A stretch of 50,804 bases of DNA. It comes from an uncultured Planctomycetia bacterium (GTDB lineage Bacteria > Omnitrophota > Gorgyraeia > Velamenicoccales > JABMQK01). Below, one piece after another: positions 13,601 to 28,600 of the stretch (position 1 is the stretch's first letter; each line of letters begins with the position of its first letter). The stretch lies in contig CAZFPS010000002.1 in assembly GCA_964520705.1 (NCBI GenBank), positions 1 through 50,804 on the forward strand, read 5' to 3'. The notes beneath the pieces were generated by a model, which was not told where the DNA came from, did not search any database, and saw nothing but the letters and a program-made list of their open reading frames with translations. The translations under genes and the position numbers were made by a program.

Positions 13601-16600
13601 ATGCTCACTATCGGCGTAGACACTGAGAAGAAAGGCTTACTTGGCCAGTACTCAGACTTCGTGATCAACAGTGTCCAGGATATTGTAGATGGTTTAGGGT
13701 TGAGCTCAAGCCCGGTAGAAGCTTTAACCTATCCCGCTAAATTCACCGCCACCGTTATCCAGCCTACAGATAAACAGACAGCTAATCTCGAGAAGTATCT
13801 AACTAAATTTTCTGGTTATGAATTTGGCACTGTTACAACCGGTAACCTCGCCCGCTACGAAGCTGGTAAAGTTACCTTAGACAACCGCCTAGCTACTATA
13901 GTTCCTGATTACAACGAGTCAGATGCTGCCTCCCAGGCCTTCCAGCTGGTAATCAATGACATCTTTGCCCATGCCGCTCTCTATAAGGAAGGGAAAGATA
14001 AATGGGCAGTGTTTGCCGACAGGGCAGAGAAGTACTTTAAATATCATCCCGAAGAAATGATCATACTTACCGAAGCCTTAACCTCTGGTGCTTATGATAT
14101 TATAGATGGAACCAAGGGTTTCAATATTAAGGTCCCTAACATCACAAACAAAGGTCCTAACGCTGCCTCAGGCGACGATCTTTGCTATCTTACCTTAATA
14201 AGAATTAATACATTAAGAAGATTACGCGAAGAGCTTGAGAATAATCCAGCTAGCACAGATCATTCTATTGCTCGTAAATATTTTGAAAGATTTTCTGCCC
14301 TTAGGACTGGCTCTGCTAACTGGCCGGCTAGATTCGTTAGCCCTATTGAGACTAATTGGTTGGTAACAGTAGAAGAAGTGGAGAAGGCTAAGCAGTTCTT
14401 TGTAACCTCAGCCAATAACATAGAAGAGATAGATAGAAAACTTAAAGCTAGCGGTTCAAAGATTAAGATTAGTGTAATTGTAGGTATGCATAAGGAAAAG
14501 AGCCGCCTTACTGCTGCAGATGAAGAGAACAATCCTGATGGCGAAGATTCTATTAGAAAGAAGATCGAGCAGTATGAAGAATTATTTGGTAGGCCAAATG
14601 ATTCTAATAAAACCAACATTGATTGGGAGTTTATCTTTGTAGCTCATGTTAACTCACCTGATAACAGCGGCAAGGTTGTTGAAGAAACAGTTAAAGAAAT
14701 TCGTCCTAAATATTACCGCTCAGGAAAGGTTCGCGCTATCTATATTACTGGTCCTGGAGTAGGCAAAGGCGGCAAGGTATACTACGGTATGAGAGATGCC
14801 TTGCGTGATATCCCTGGCCATCAACCTGCTGACATAGTTCTCTACACCGATGCTGACACTACTGTTGATTTAAGACAAACAGGCCTCTTACTTAAATCCA
14901 TGTTCATAAAAGAAGACGGAACCTTAAGAGTAGATGCAGAAGGTAGGTTTAACGGAAGAATGGCAGCATATGGTTCAAGAGTACCTGTTGGAGAAATCAA
15001 GGGTTTTGCTATGCCTGGCCTTGATCCTTCGCCTAATGCCGAAGAAAACAGAATTAATGCTGCCACTAAATCTATTAATACTAAGTATCTCTTTGCTACT
15101 TTGAAAAAATATAAAGAAACCCAGTGTGGTTTTAAAGCTTACCCTGCACCAGTTCTAGGGGATATTCTTGGTTCAGTAAAAGACACAACTTTTGCTTTTG
15201 ATACCGAGCTAATGAGCTTGACTCTTGAAGTAGGCGGTGGCATAAGGGAAACCGGCATCTTTTGGTCTGATTCTTCAGCAGAAGCCTCAGGTACCAATGC
15301 CCTCGAACGTTGGACTATGTTCAAGGCCTGGATTGATCAGTATAAAAATATTCAGAAAGAAAAGACCATTGAGGACAAGGATCTTGAGATCATTGAAAGA
15401 GCTGTAGATAAGGCTATGGTTATGAAGAAAGCCAAGAAAGACACTACAGCTGTTACGTTTGAGTTCGAAAATTTCGCCAAAGTTTTAGCTGCAAAAGATG
15501 CGGCTAAGAAATCCTCTTCTCCCATCCTTACTCAACCTTTGATTTTATCCGTCCACCTTCCGGATTGGGAAGAGAATCATCATTGCGGCTCACTCCTGGC
15601 TACGCCTTTAGCATTAGAATTAGCTAAGGCTAAAGCGCAAGAGAGAGGAATAGACTTAGCCAAATTAATAGCGGGGCGTAAGGTTAGAATTGCCGTCTTC
15701 CATGATGCAGGAAGTGCCAAGCGTTGTTCGCCTTTATCCCAGTCTCAGAACGGTACCCGCGCTGACCTTAGGATCTTAGGTGAGCTTAATACCAAAACAG
15801 GAGAGGTTATTCCGCTTACCTTAATATTAGCCGTAGCCATACAAAACTCTCTCTATGCCACTACCCCTGAAGTAGTAGATGTGCACTATGTCTCCCAGTT
15901 CTACTTCAACAAAGATTTAGATTTAGCAGAGTACCGTAAGTTTATGGAGTCAGATAAGGAATATGACGGTTATGATGTTTTAATCGTTACCTCAAGTGAC
16001 CCAGAGGTAGTTTCTCTCCACGACCAAACCTTTAATGCTGTATTTGGTACTCGCACCATCACAACTCATAGGCCGCATGTAGCGATCAACAATCTCTTAA
16101 CCAAATTTGTTATCGGCACTGATCCGTCTATTGCTAAGCCTGAAGACTTACGTGACTTGGGTATGTACTTAATGGATCCTGCTGGCAATGTAAGAGTAAA
16201 TCTTCCCAAGGGTTCCTTTAAAGACAAGGAATCTTTAGCTCAAGGTTTATCTAATATATCCTCAGAGTTTGGTAATACTGTTTTTAACGCTGCCTACTCC
16301 TGCGGCTCTCACAGGTTACATCATGACTTTATCGCAGCATTAAATGAGTTCTTTGGCGATAGGGTTGCCAGGCGTATCGAGAAGGTAACCGTTCAGCTGG
16401 AAGCGCCTGACTTTATCCAGCCAACACTTATACTCTTAAGGGCCATACAGGATGCTACTTCTAGGGGTATTAATACTGAAGCTTTAACTACCCCTGAAGA
16501 AATTCTCGCTAACATCTCTCCGGGAGCAAAAACCTCTCTTGAAAAGTTCAACGACAGAAATCGTTACATCGATATCATCAACTTCTATTTAACCTACAGG

Positions 16601-19600
16601 AATAGATTTAACGCCTGGATAGGTGGTTACACTATCGGCAACAACATGCTCTGGGTACGTAACCGCAGACCTGATGAGAACTACGCTGAGAAGATGCAGC
16701 TTATCGCTGATCTTATCGGCAGTTATGTATTTGTTGATGCCAAGGGACAAATTATCATTACTCCTACAACTAAAACTCAAAGCGAAGAAGCATTTTATTT
16801 AAGAGCATTCCGTGCCATAGATCATCCGATTACTAATTCTACTATTGGCGGCATATATATAAACCATGAAGGTGTGCGTACTGACACCAACACTGCAATT
16901 ACTTTTGAAGATATCCACAGCGGCCTAACCATTGGCAATGTCTACTTAAAGAATTCTATCGTTACTAACTCTAATATTACCGAAGGCAACGTCATTAACT
17001 CAGTTATCTCTGATTCTGTAATTACCAAGCTCTCTGTAGATTATACCTACATTCAGGATTCCTATATTCAAGAACTAAATTCATCCTTCTCAATCATTTA
17101 TAACACAGTAAGAAGCTCACTTAATGCTGCTGTTGCTGTTTGCTATGCTGATGTTTTTAGAACTGAACACATTCAGAACGCTGTACCATTCGGCACAGAT
17201 GCCAAGACCTGGGATAAGAAGCCCATGTCAGGCAACACCCATTCCTTTGAAGACCTGCGCGCATTAGACAATCATATTGCTACTAATGTACAAACTAAGC
17301 TGGTTGCAATAAGGGCATTGAGGTTTATCCCTAACCTCGAGGCTGCTGTCTTTGATCTAGATGGCGTGATTACTGATACTGCTACTGTTCATGCTGCTGC
17401 CTGGACTGAGACCTATAATAGAGTCTTAAAGAGATTTGAGGCAACTTGCGGCTTGGCTTATCAAGAATTTACTCCTAAAGAATACGAAGAGTATGTTGAT
17501 GGTAAGAATCGCTACCGCGGCACTGAAGCTTTTTTTAGAAACCGCGGTATCGGTCTAGATATGCTTCCGTACGGCGATGAAAAGAATAAAAAAGAAATCT
17601 GGGATGAAGAACAAAATGAATATTTTACTATCGTCGGTATAGCTAACCGCAAGAACGTAAAATTCAATGAATTACTGGATACTGGTGAAGCCAAGGCAGA
17701 AGTCTTTGCAGATGGTGTAAGATTAGCCAGATTATTAAAGGCAATAGGCGTCAAAATAGGTATTGCTTCAGCTTCTCAAAACACACCTAAAATATTAAGA
17801 GCTGTAGGGTTATTTGAATTATTCGACACGATCGTCTGTGGTTTGGATGTAACTAACAGTAAATCGCAGTCCAAGCCTTCGCCTTGGTTATTTATCGAAG
17901 CAGTCAATCGTTTAGGCACCGATCCCAGATACGCGATGATGGTCGAAGATGCTGAAGTAGGAGTAGAGGCAGGCCTGGCTGGTAACTTCAGGCGTGTACA
18001 GGGCATTGCCAGAAAGAAACATGATGATAAAGAAGGTGATTATGAAAAAAGAATTAATACATTAGCTAAGTTTGCTCATCATGTTGCAGGTAACTCTTTA
18101 GACCAAGTTTCAATAAAGAGTTTAAGAGAGTGGCTTGATAAAATACCTCAAGTCAAAGAGCAATCCATTACTACTCAGATTCCTGGTTTGGTGGCTGCTG
18201 TCTTTGACCTGGATGGCGTTATCACCGACACCGCTATTGTCCATGCTTCTGCTTGGACTGAGACCTACAATAGGGCACTGAGACGTTTAGAAAATACCCA
18301 TAGCATTGCTTATAGTGAATTTACTCCTAAGGAATATGAGGAGTATGTGGATGGTAAATCTAGATATCGCGGCACCGAGGCATTCTTTAGAAGCCGCGGC
18401 ATAGGAGAGGATGTTCTTGCTTATGGTGACGAAAAGGCCGATATCTGGGATGATAATACAGTTAGTTTTACTATCTGCGGTGTTGCTAATAGAAAAGATA
18501 AGTTATTCAATGAACTCATCGATACAGGAAGAGCAAAAGTAGAAATATTTGACGACGGTGTTAGGTTGGTAAGGGTCTTAAAGGCAGCAGGGGTCAAGAT
18601 TGGAATTGCTTCTGCTTCTAAGAATACTCCCAAGATACTTAAGGCTGTAGGTTTGTTTGAGTTATTCGATACCATCGTCTGCGGCTTGGATGTAACCAAC
18701 ACCAAGGCTCAATCTAAACCTAGTCCGTGGCTTTTCATTGAAGCAGCCAATCGCTTAGGCGCTGATCCTAGATACGCGATGATGGTTGAGGATGCCGAGG
18801 TAGGGGTGCAGGCTGGTTCAGCCGGTAACTTCAGATACGTGCAGGGTATTGCCAGAAGAAAACATAATGATAAAGAAGGAGACTATTCAAATCGTGTTGC
18901 CGCTCTTACCCAATTCGCGCACCATGTTGCTGATAATTCTTTAGATCAAGTAACAGTAGGAGAGGTGACCAACTGGTTTACCGGCAAAAGTTCTTCACCG
19001 GTTGCAGAGGGCAAGAGTCAGACTAAAAAATATAACTTCAAGATTGAATGTGCATGGCCGCTTACAGAAGAACAAAGGAATAAGATTGAGTTAATCCTTA
19101 CTACTTCTTACGAGAATATGGCGGAGGCTGCCAAGATATTAAGAGAACAGAATAAGAAGATTAAAGTTTGGGTTGTATTTGCCGTCTATAACGAATTATC
19201 AAGGATAATGCCTAAAACTGAAGATAATCCACATGGTGAAGATGCCTTGCGGGTTAAAATTGATCAACTCGAATATCTTTTTAGCCCTTATAAAGACGTT
19301 TTGGATTGGAGATTAGTAATGGTTGATAACCGTTCGCCAGATAAAACTAGCGAGGTGGCCGTAAGTATACTTAAAGACGACCCGCGCTATAGGCATTTTG
19401 TAGAGTCGGGGAGTTTTAGGACAATAAGAGTATTTGATCTTGCGCTATATATGGAGAAAGGCGGCACATTATTGTATGGCCTTAATGAGCTTATGCCGGA
19501 ATTTTCTGAAGATGATTTGATAGGCTATACCGATTGCGACATTACCACCCGGCTTGATCAGTTAGGACTACTTGTTTATCCGCTTGTGCTGAATAAGAAA

Positions 19601-22600
19601 GCAGTAGCTACGGGCACTAGGGCGTCTAAGGATGCGGTTGCCCTTCCAGGACCTAGTTCTGAAGACAAGAAGATAGGTGATGAATTAAAACCAATCAAGG
19701 AATATGTATTAAGCGGTCTGCTGGATGAAGTTAAGGATACACAGTGCGGTTTTAAATTCTTTCAGCTGGGTGCAATAAACGCTATCCTTAAGTACGCCAA
19801 GGATACACGCTGGGCATTTGATACTGAGTGGTTGCTGCTTGCTTTGTATGCCGGGTATTCGTTTATACAATTGCCTATCTTCTGGACAGATTCTGAGGCA
19901 CTTTCCAAGACTAATGTTATAGCAAGGTTGGGAATGGGGGCGGATTGGGTTAAACAAAAAGCACGCCTAATTGATGATCGTACCATCGCTCATGCCTTAG
20001 GTTATGTTTTTCCTGAAGAACGCGACATCCATATTCACTCTCTCTTATTATTTAGAGAAGCTAATAGATTATTTAGAACAGGAGAGAGCTTGATAGTCAA
20101 AGGTGATTATCTAGAGGCGAGGATTAATTATCTTATGGCTAAAGAGCTTTATCAGAGGCTTAGTATATCAGGAGGCGCAGAGATTAAGCCGCAAACAAAG
20201 AGGAATTTAGCGATTGTAGACTTGAGGTTATTTCGCATAGACGGATATATTAGGTCTGAAGAGATAGATATCCTCGATGGAGAAGGAAAAATAACTGGTC
20301 AGTCAGTTGCCTATGTCAGGGCGCATGTTTTAGGAATGCATCATGCCAGCGCTTATGTGATTGTTAAAGCTCCTAGCGGTAAGATCTATCTGCAGTTGCG
20401 TGGTCAAAATAAATATATGTTCCCGGAAACCCAAACCCTTACCGTAACCGGAGCTGTATCAAAGGGTGAAAAAGCAATAGCCGCCGGAATGAGGGAATTT
20501 GGCGAAGAACTCGGTATTCCTGCAGATGGTAGTAAGTTTTTTAAAGTGGTAAAAGATGAGAGCCTAGAATTTGATCATCCAATTTATTTTGATATGTACG
20601 AGTTTACCGCAGTTACTCCAGAAGAAGAATTAGCCCTTTTGCAGATACGCCAGAAATTAGAAGCCAAATCCGCCAGGGAAGAAAGTATGCCTCTTAAGCG
20701 TGCGCTTTTTATCTATCAACAGGCTTATAGAACCATTTTTGTTTATACCTTTGATGAATCAAAATCTGGAGAATTAAGAGGATATGCAGAAGAAATCGCA
20801 CAGGAGACAGGGGTGCCGTTTAGTGACCATATGATTAACCGTGAGTGGATAGCTTTGTTTGTGTATTCTGCCTTAGAAGAAGAGGCAGAGAATATCCGTC
20901 CTGAACGCGCAGAGGGTATTGCTGGATTTATTGAAAGAGATATTCATGAAGTAAGGGATTCTTTCTTGGCGCACCCGGCTGATTTTACTGATGCCCTCAT
21001 TCCTGCTTTTGCTGATAAAGCAACTTTCCAGAAAATCAAGGAACTTTTAGGTATTCAAAGCAACTCGCCCATAGATTTTGATAACGAGTCCTTGAGGGAG
21101 GAAATCATTAATAAGCTGTTTGGAGAAATTAAAGGGTCAGTCAGTTCTCCTATTTATATTCGCACTGGTTTAACGCCGGATACGATTATTGAGATTGATA
21201 ATGGTGTAGAAGAAGGGCATCTTGAAAAGATAATTGAAGCCAGATTTGTAGAATTAGTTGAGCAGTCGCGCAAGAGTGAATTAATTGTCCCGCAGCAATA
21301 TTACGAACAAAGAATGGAAATTTCCCTACTACCCTTATTAGTGCCTCTTCCAACAGGGGATTCGGTAAACGTTAACCTTGCTTTCTGTCCATGGAGGACA
21401 GGTTATGTAAAAGATACTAACAGGCCTTTAGATATGAAGCATCCTGTAGATTCTACCAGATGTATTTTATGTACTAATGTTGGCCCGGAACGTATTTTAT
21501 TTAGACTAAAAATTAACAATAATTTATACAGGTTAGTGGTAAACAAAATTCCCTGGGCAACATATCACATGCTTTTAATGAGCGAAGAAGCCCTGAGTCA
21601 GGATTTTACCTTGAGAATCAAAGATTCCCTGCTTTTCAAAAAAGCCTTAGGCAATAGATTCACAATAATAATGCATTCGCCTAGAGCTGGAGCAAGTATA
21701 CCTCATTTTCATTTACAGTTTTTCAAAGAAGAACTTCCCTTGTTGACGCATATAAAAAAAGGTAGGATGGCTTTTACAGAGACTAACGATAAGAATTCTG
21801 TAATAAAGTCCAGTGTAAATAATTGGCTTGGAAAATTAGAGTCATTTTCTTCTTATTTGCTTGATGATTTGGAGATAGCCAGTAGAGATTATCTGAATGC
21901 ATTTAAACAAAAAGACGTTCCTTTTGGTGTAGTTTTAGATTATGAAAAGGGTTTTTATTCTATTATTTCTGCTGTGGTACTTAATGATGTTGCAAGAAGC
22001 AGTCTATTACCTATGTTTGTTTTTCTAGTAAGTGTAGTTGAGCATGCAGGTAGAATAGCTCTTTATAGTTCCGAAGCGCTTGATATGTTAAAACGAAATC
22101 CCGGGTTTATTCGCGAAGCACTGAAAGCCAGCCAGTCTACGCATTCATCATCTCCCGTTCATCCGGCTAAGCTTAGAAAAGATTCCATTGCGTCTGGTAC
22201 TGCCAAGTCAAATAAGATAGAGGGAGAGTCAGTCTTTGCTGAATGCAGTGAATCTTTTCACCGCATTAATATTTTAAAAGAGTTTTTAGCCAGAGCTCCT
22301 CCTTATGGGGTTAACGCCCACACTACCTTTACTACCATTAGTTCGTCGCCCATCACCCTATCCGAATTCATCTCTAACCTGAAATCCGGACTCTATAAGG
22401 CAGCAGTTTTTGATCTTGACGGTGTCTTGACTACTACCGCCAAGATTCATTTCATTACCTGGAAAGAGATGTTTGAAGGTGATGCTGAAATAGGCAGGGA
22501 ATTCACTCATGAGGATAATCTAAAATACGTTGAGGGCATATTTAGGTATAACGGGTGTTTAAACATGTTGCAGCGAGGACCAGCTACCAAGGATAAATTT

Positions 22601-25600
22601 CTTAAACTCGTTAAATTCGTTGATCCTAATAAAAATAAGGCCGAATTCGACGCTCTAATTCAAGAACAGCAATATTTAACAAGAGAGGTTATCCGCTTAG
22701 GTGATACTAAGGACGGCTACTACAACCAGCATCTCTTTGCTCATCCTGAAGATATTACCGTTATACCTGGTACTCGGGCCATACTGGATTATCTAAAAGC
22801 CAAAGGCGTGCGTATGGCTATAGCCTCATCCAGTAAGAATGCGCCCATGCTGCTAGAATTAACCGACCTAAGAGAATATTTTACAGAAGTAATCTCTGGC
22901 CATGACATTGGCAACTACTCATCTTATCTTAATAGGCAGATAAAAGGAAAACCTAGTCCGGACATCTTCTCCGAAGCCCTTGCCAGGTTAGGCGTATCTG
23001 CCAAAGAAGCCTTTGGTTTAGAGGATGCAGTTCCAGGTGTTCAAGCCATTAAGGCTTCAGGAATGTTAACTATTGGTGTTGATACTGAAGGCAAGGGCTT
23101 TTTAGGCGAAGCGGATTTTGTTATAGATAGCGTAGCTGATATAGTAAATAGATTATCCTCCTCCCCCATACTCAAGGCCGCTGTATTTGACCTGGATGGG
23201 GTAATCACCTCCACTGCCAAGTTCCATTCCATTGCCTGGGGTGCGATGTTTAATGATTACCTTAAAGAGAAATACGCCGAGCTTATTGCTAGTCTTGGCC
23301 AGGAACAAGCCAATAAATTCGAATTTTTCTTCAGGCCATTCACCCATGAAGGGGATTATCTCCCCTTTGTGGACGGTAAGCCCAGGTATAACGGCGTAGG
23401 CAACTTCTTTGAATCCCGCGGCTTTACTATAATCAATACACCTTCAACCTATACCTCTCTTAATCAGGGCCAGCTAGAGCTTATCAGAAGCACCCATACT
23501 AAAGAACAACTAGAGTTATTGAAGGCAGTAAATATCCAACTGAACTGGAAGGCTACCCCTCCAACAGTAAAAGACGATGATGAGCCTGTTACTGAGAAAA
23601 CCGCTCTAGGCCTAGGCAACAAGAAACAAGTCATCTTCCAGGAATTAGTCTTAAGAGACAAGGCAGATGTCTTTGAAGGGACAGTAACCCTTATTAAGGA
23701 ACTCATTAATGCAGGTATTCAGCTGGCCATAGCCACTTCCAGCAAAAACTGTGATTTTGTCTTAGAGAATGCCAAGATCCCAAGCTTAAGGGCATATTTT
23801 AAAGCCCAGATCGATGGTAAAGTATCAGCAGAACTAAAACTTAAAGGCAAGCCCCAGCCGGATATCTTCATTACTGCCGCAGAGTATATCGGAGCTACAT
23901 CTCAAGAGGCAATTGTCTTTGAAGATGCGGTATCCGGAGTCCAGGCCGGTAAGCACGGCAACTTCGGCTTAGTCATTGGCGTTGCCAGGGAAGACAACCA
24001 CAAAGAACTTAAAGAAAACGGCGCAGACATCGTAGTTACTGATCTCTCAGAGCTTAACCTTAAGACAATAATTGAAGAATTCAAGAAGAAACAGGGGTCA
24101 TCGCCTGTTAAAGATAATAAACCTGAATCTAGTATCAATAGCTCTCTTTCTATAATAAAAATAGATATTGATTTGGCTTGCATTAGCCAATCAATCGGGA
24201 ATATTATAGAAAGTCTTAGGTTCCAGGGGGCGCATGTTAGTATTGATCCTGGAGCTTATCCTACGCCAAAGAATGTGTTTATTACCGATAATCCAAGTTC
24301 AGCTTGGCACGCAAAACACGTTTCATTCGAATTAATTATAGGTTTATCCAGCGGGAAAGACGCTAATGAAAAAATTGTTGAAAACTCGGATATTATCTTG
24401 CCGGATTTACAAGGGATTAATCTTGAGCAGATAACAGCATGGCTTAAAGAAGCGAAAGCGCCTGTTAATTCTTATTTGCAATCAAATAGTCATATATTTA
24501 GAGGAGTGCCTCTTTTAGTTATAGATAAGATTCGTAGTAGAGAGTTTAAAAATACCACATTAAACAAAATAGGTATTATTAGAGTGAAAAGTTATCCTAA
24601 TAATGTAGATCAATATTGGTTCAAAGCGATGGAAGAATTTGATTATGAATTTACCGATAAGTTAAAATTAGAGTTTCCTGTATTAATTAAAGACATCCCT
24701 ACCCATGCAATACATGAAATATTTTCGAACGCCGTAAAGCATGGTAACAGTTATCTTGGGTCAAAATATGTGACTTTAGCTTGGCAGATAACAGATAAAA
24801 AAATATTATTTATCATATCCGATGAAGGTAGAAGTTCGTTTACATCAAATGATCAGGCTCGGTATCTTAATAAAGGCGAAGAAGAAGTAAAAGCAAATGC
24901 TGAACTGGCATGGCAATTGTTTTGTGAAGGTAATCTGCGTGGTGCTGGCTTAGGAATTTATAAAGCTGGTAAGTACAGCGATGAGATTAAATTTAATATG
25001 CTTGTTAATAAGTTTAATAAGAAAATTGGCACAGAAGTTACAATAGTTAAATATTTAAAAGTTAATAAATCCTCCTCCCCCCTCGGCGCCCTGGTAGTTT
25101 TAATCAGCTCAACTAAAGATTCCTCCTCCCCCATACTCAAGGCCGCTGTATTTGACCTGGATGGGGTAATCACCTCCACTGCCAAGTTCCATTCCATTGC
25201 CTGGGGTGCGATGTTTAATGATTACCTTAAAGAGAAATACGCCGAGCTTATTGCTAGTCTTGGCCAGGAACAAGCCAATAAATTCGAATTTTTCTTCAGG
25301 CCATTCACCCATGAAGGGGATTATCTCCCCTTTGTGGACGGTAAGCCCAGGTATAACGGCGTAGGCAACTTCTTTGAATCCCGCGGCTTTACTATAATCA
25401 ATACACCTTCAACCTATACCTCTCTTAATCAGGGCCAGCTAGAGCTTATCAGAAGCACCCATACTAAAGAACAACTAGAGTTATTGAAGGCAGTAAATAT
25501 CCAACTGAACTGGAAGGCTACCCCTCCAACAGTAAAAGACGATGATGAGCCTGTTACTGAGAAAACCGCTCTAGGCCTAGGCAACAAGAAACAAGTCATC

Positions 25601-28600
25601 TTCCAGGAATTAGTCTTAAGAGACAAGGCAGATGTCTTTGAAGGGACAGTAACCCTTATTAAGGAACTCATTAATGCAGGTATTCAGCTGGCCATAGCCA
25701 CTTCCAGCAAAAACTGTGATTTTGTCTTAGAGAATGCCAAGATCCCAAGCTTAAGGGCATATTTTAAAGCCCAGATCGATGGTAAAGTATCAGCAGAACT
25801 AAAACTTAAAGGCAAGCCCCAGCCGGATATCTTCATTACTGCCGCAGAGTATATCGGAGCTACATCTCAAGAGGCAATTGTCTTTGAAGATGCGGTATCC
25901 GGAGTCCAGGCCGGTAAGCACGGCAACTTCGGCTTAGTCATTGGCGTTGCCAGGGAAGACAACCACAAAGAACTTAAAGAAAACGGCGCAGACATCGTAG
26001 TTACTGATCTCTCAGAGCTTAACCTTAAGACAATAATTGAAGAATTCAAGAAGAAACAGGGGTCATCGCCTGTCTTTAATTCTGACAGCTTATCAGAAAA
26101 TATCGTTAATGATGTAGCTAGTAGTGCTATTAGTAAGGTTGAGTATACTTCAGGGCAGATGGGTGGCGCAGTACCAATTAAGCAGGGCAGCCTAGAAGAA
26201 ATATCCAGTTTTCTAATTCAAGAAGGGTGGTCAAACGAACGTATAGAAAATTTAAAAATAGCATATCGTAATGCATTTTTAAAAGCCAAGGAGAAATCTG
26301 GTTTTGAAAGAGAGTTGGATATAATATTAGTAAAGAGGGCATATTACAGCACTGCTTATTTGTTTGACTCCACTAGAAATTACGGCGCGGTTATTATTAA
26401 TGCGGAAATCACTTCGTGTAGGCCGTATATGGAAAGTAACCTTGAAGAAGAATTTTTACATCTATCCCGTCATTTTGATTCAACTCGCCAGCCGACAACG
26501 CCAACCGAAGACGCGATTATAGAACTTGTTACAGATAAAATCAGAGTAGAGTTTTTTCATAGATTATCAGTAGCTGAACAGGCAGAGTTTTTGTATTTTG
26601 CAATGACTAAAGGTCACGACATCTATGAATTCTGGAAAATATTCATTCGCACTTATCCCGGAAGAAATAAGTTTCAAGAATTGTTAGAAGTCATTCAGCT
26701 TAACCATGGCTATAAAGATATCTATATTTTAGAAAATGTCTATGCTCAAGGCGGAGAGATTGATGACCTCGTATTCGCCTATGCTATTCGCCCCGGGATT
26801 TATGGTTACGAGATTGCGGAAACTTTATTATCGTTACGAGAGACTAATCAGTTAACTTTTGATTATTGTTTTGGTGTTCCTAATAAATCCTCTTCTCGCT
26901 TCGGCACTTCGATAGCTTTGGTTAGCTCAACTGGAAATACCTCCTCGCCAATCTACTGGAGCGAAATAAAATTAGTTAGTGAAAGTATTATGGAAATCAT
27001 GAGAAAAGAATTGAAAGTTACTCAGTCAAGAATAGAAAGTATTCTTAGGAAAGAGAGTGAACCTTTCACTTCATGGGAGGCGTTGATCTATTATTTAAAT
27101 ACCGGCCGCATACGTTTTATAGAAGAAGATAATGTGAGCGCGCTGGATATTTATTTCCGGACTGACCCCCCAGTCAAGGGAGTATCAACTTACTTAACGT
27201 TAAATTTTATCTATGATGATTTAAGAAAAGTGATTGATGAAAAAAAATACGGTAAATTGCCCCAGAATGAGAAAAATAACTATAAAGTAGTCTATCTTAT
27301 TCATATTTCAAAAAGCGCGCTGCGGTCGGAAGACGAAAAAAAATTAGCTAAGGCGATAATCCACGAGTGGATTGAATGCTTTATGCCTTTTTTTGATGAC
27401 AAGAGTTCATTTATTAGAGGTATCCCTGGACATGAAAGCTACTTTATAGATAAGAATTTATTAAGAAATATATATTCGGCATACAAGAGGAAAAGCGCAG
27501 AATATTTGTTTGGGTTTTTGGCTAATTATTCAGTATTTAAGGATCCCGCGGGCATGCTTAAGCAGGCCGCGTTCATGGCATTAAAAAGAATGGAAAATAA
27601 AAAAGGTAGTGTGTGGCTTATCAAAGAAATCACAGATAGTCGCCTTCTCATGGCTTGGTATTATTACTATTTTGAAAGCAGGGTAAGGGGGTTGGTACAG
27701 TCTAAAGGATTTGTGCTTGAAGATATAAGCCGGATATTAGATACTCATTTGCCTGCCTTGCTGGAGTCATGCCTGCAGGAAGATTTACTTTTTGAATATG
27801 CATATAAAGAAGGAACCCAAGAAATTAAACTGTACTTGCCTCAATCTTTACAGCCAGAGCATGTAAGATTTGAGATTGGAAAGAAGCTAGGTAAAGGAAT
27901 CCCGAGGGAAATAGTTTCACGTGGTGCGAAAGCTATCAGAGAGATTATTAGTTATAGAGACATACTCAGGAAGAGAATAAGCACTCTGGTAAGCGAAGTG
28001 GATAAAGGAGAGGTATTAGAGGAAATAATAGAGGCAAACTTTGATATAGATAGAATTTCAGATAGAATTTCTCGTTGGGATAACAGTCAATTTATTGAAT
28101 ATATTACCGGACAGATTATTAATTTATTAAGAAAGAACCAGGGTAGGCGCGTAATTATCGGCTTTATGGGGCCTTCAAGCGCCGGAAAGACAACTTTCGT
28201 TAAGATGTTACGAGCGTCATTAATAAAAGTAGGATGTAAAAAAGAAGAAATTGATTATTTAGGTTTGGATAGCTATTTGCATGATAAGGATTTCAGGTAT
28301 ATTCCGATCAAGGCGGGTGAAAGATTCACCATTCTTAGGGGGCAGGGCATTTACAATTTAAAGAAGCTCCGCCAGGATTTATATGATTTTAGAAACTCAA
28401 AGGAAATTGAAGTTAGGGTTGATCAGAATGATAAGAATGTGCTGGAAAATATAAAAGCAAAGATAAGAAAGATTTCACCAAAAACAGAAATATTGATAAT
28501 GGATATCACGTGTCTAGGCATTGATAACCAGGTGTATGGAGAGCTAGATTATTTAATTCCTATCCTTCATAAAAATGATGCTGTAAGGCTTCAAAGAAGG

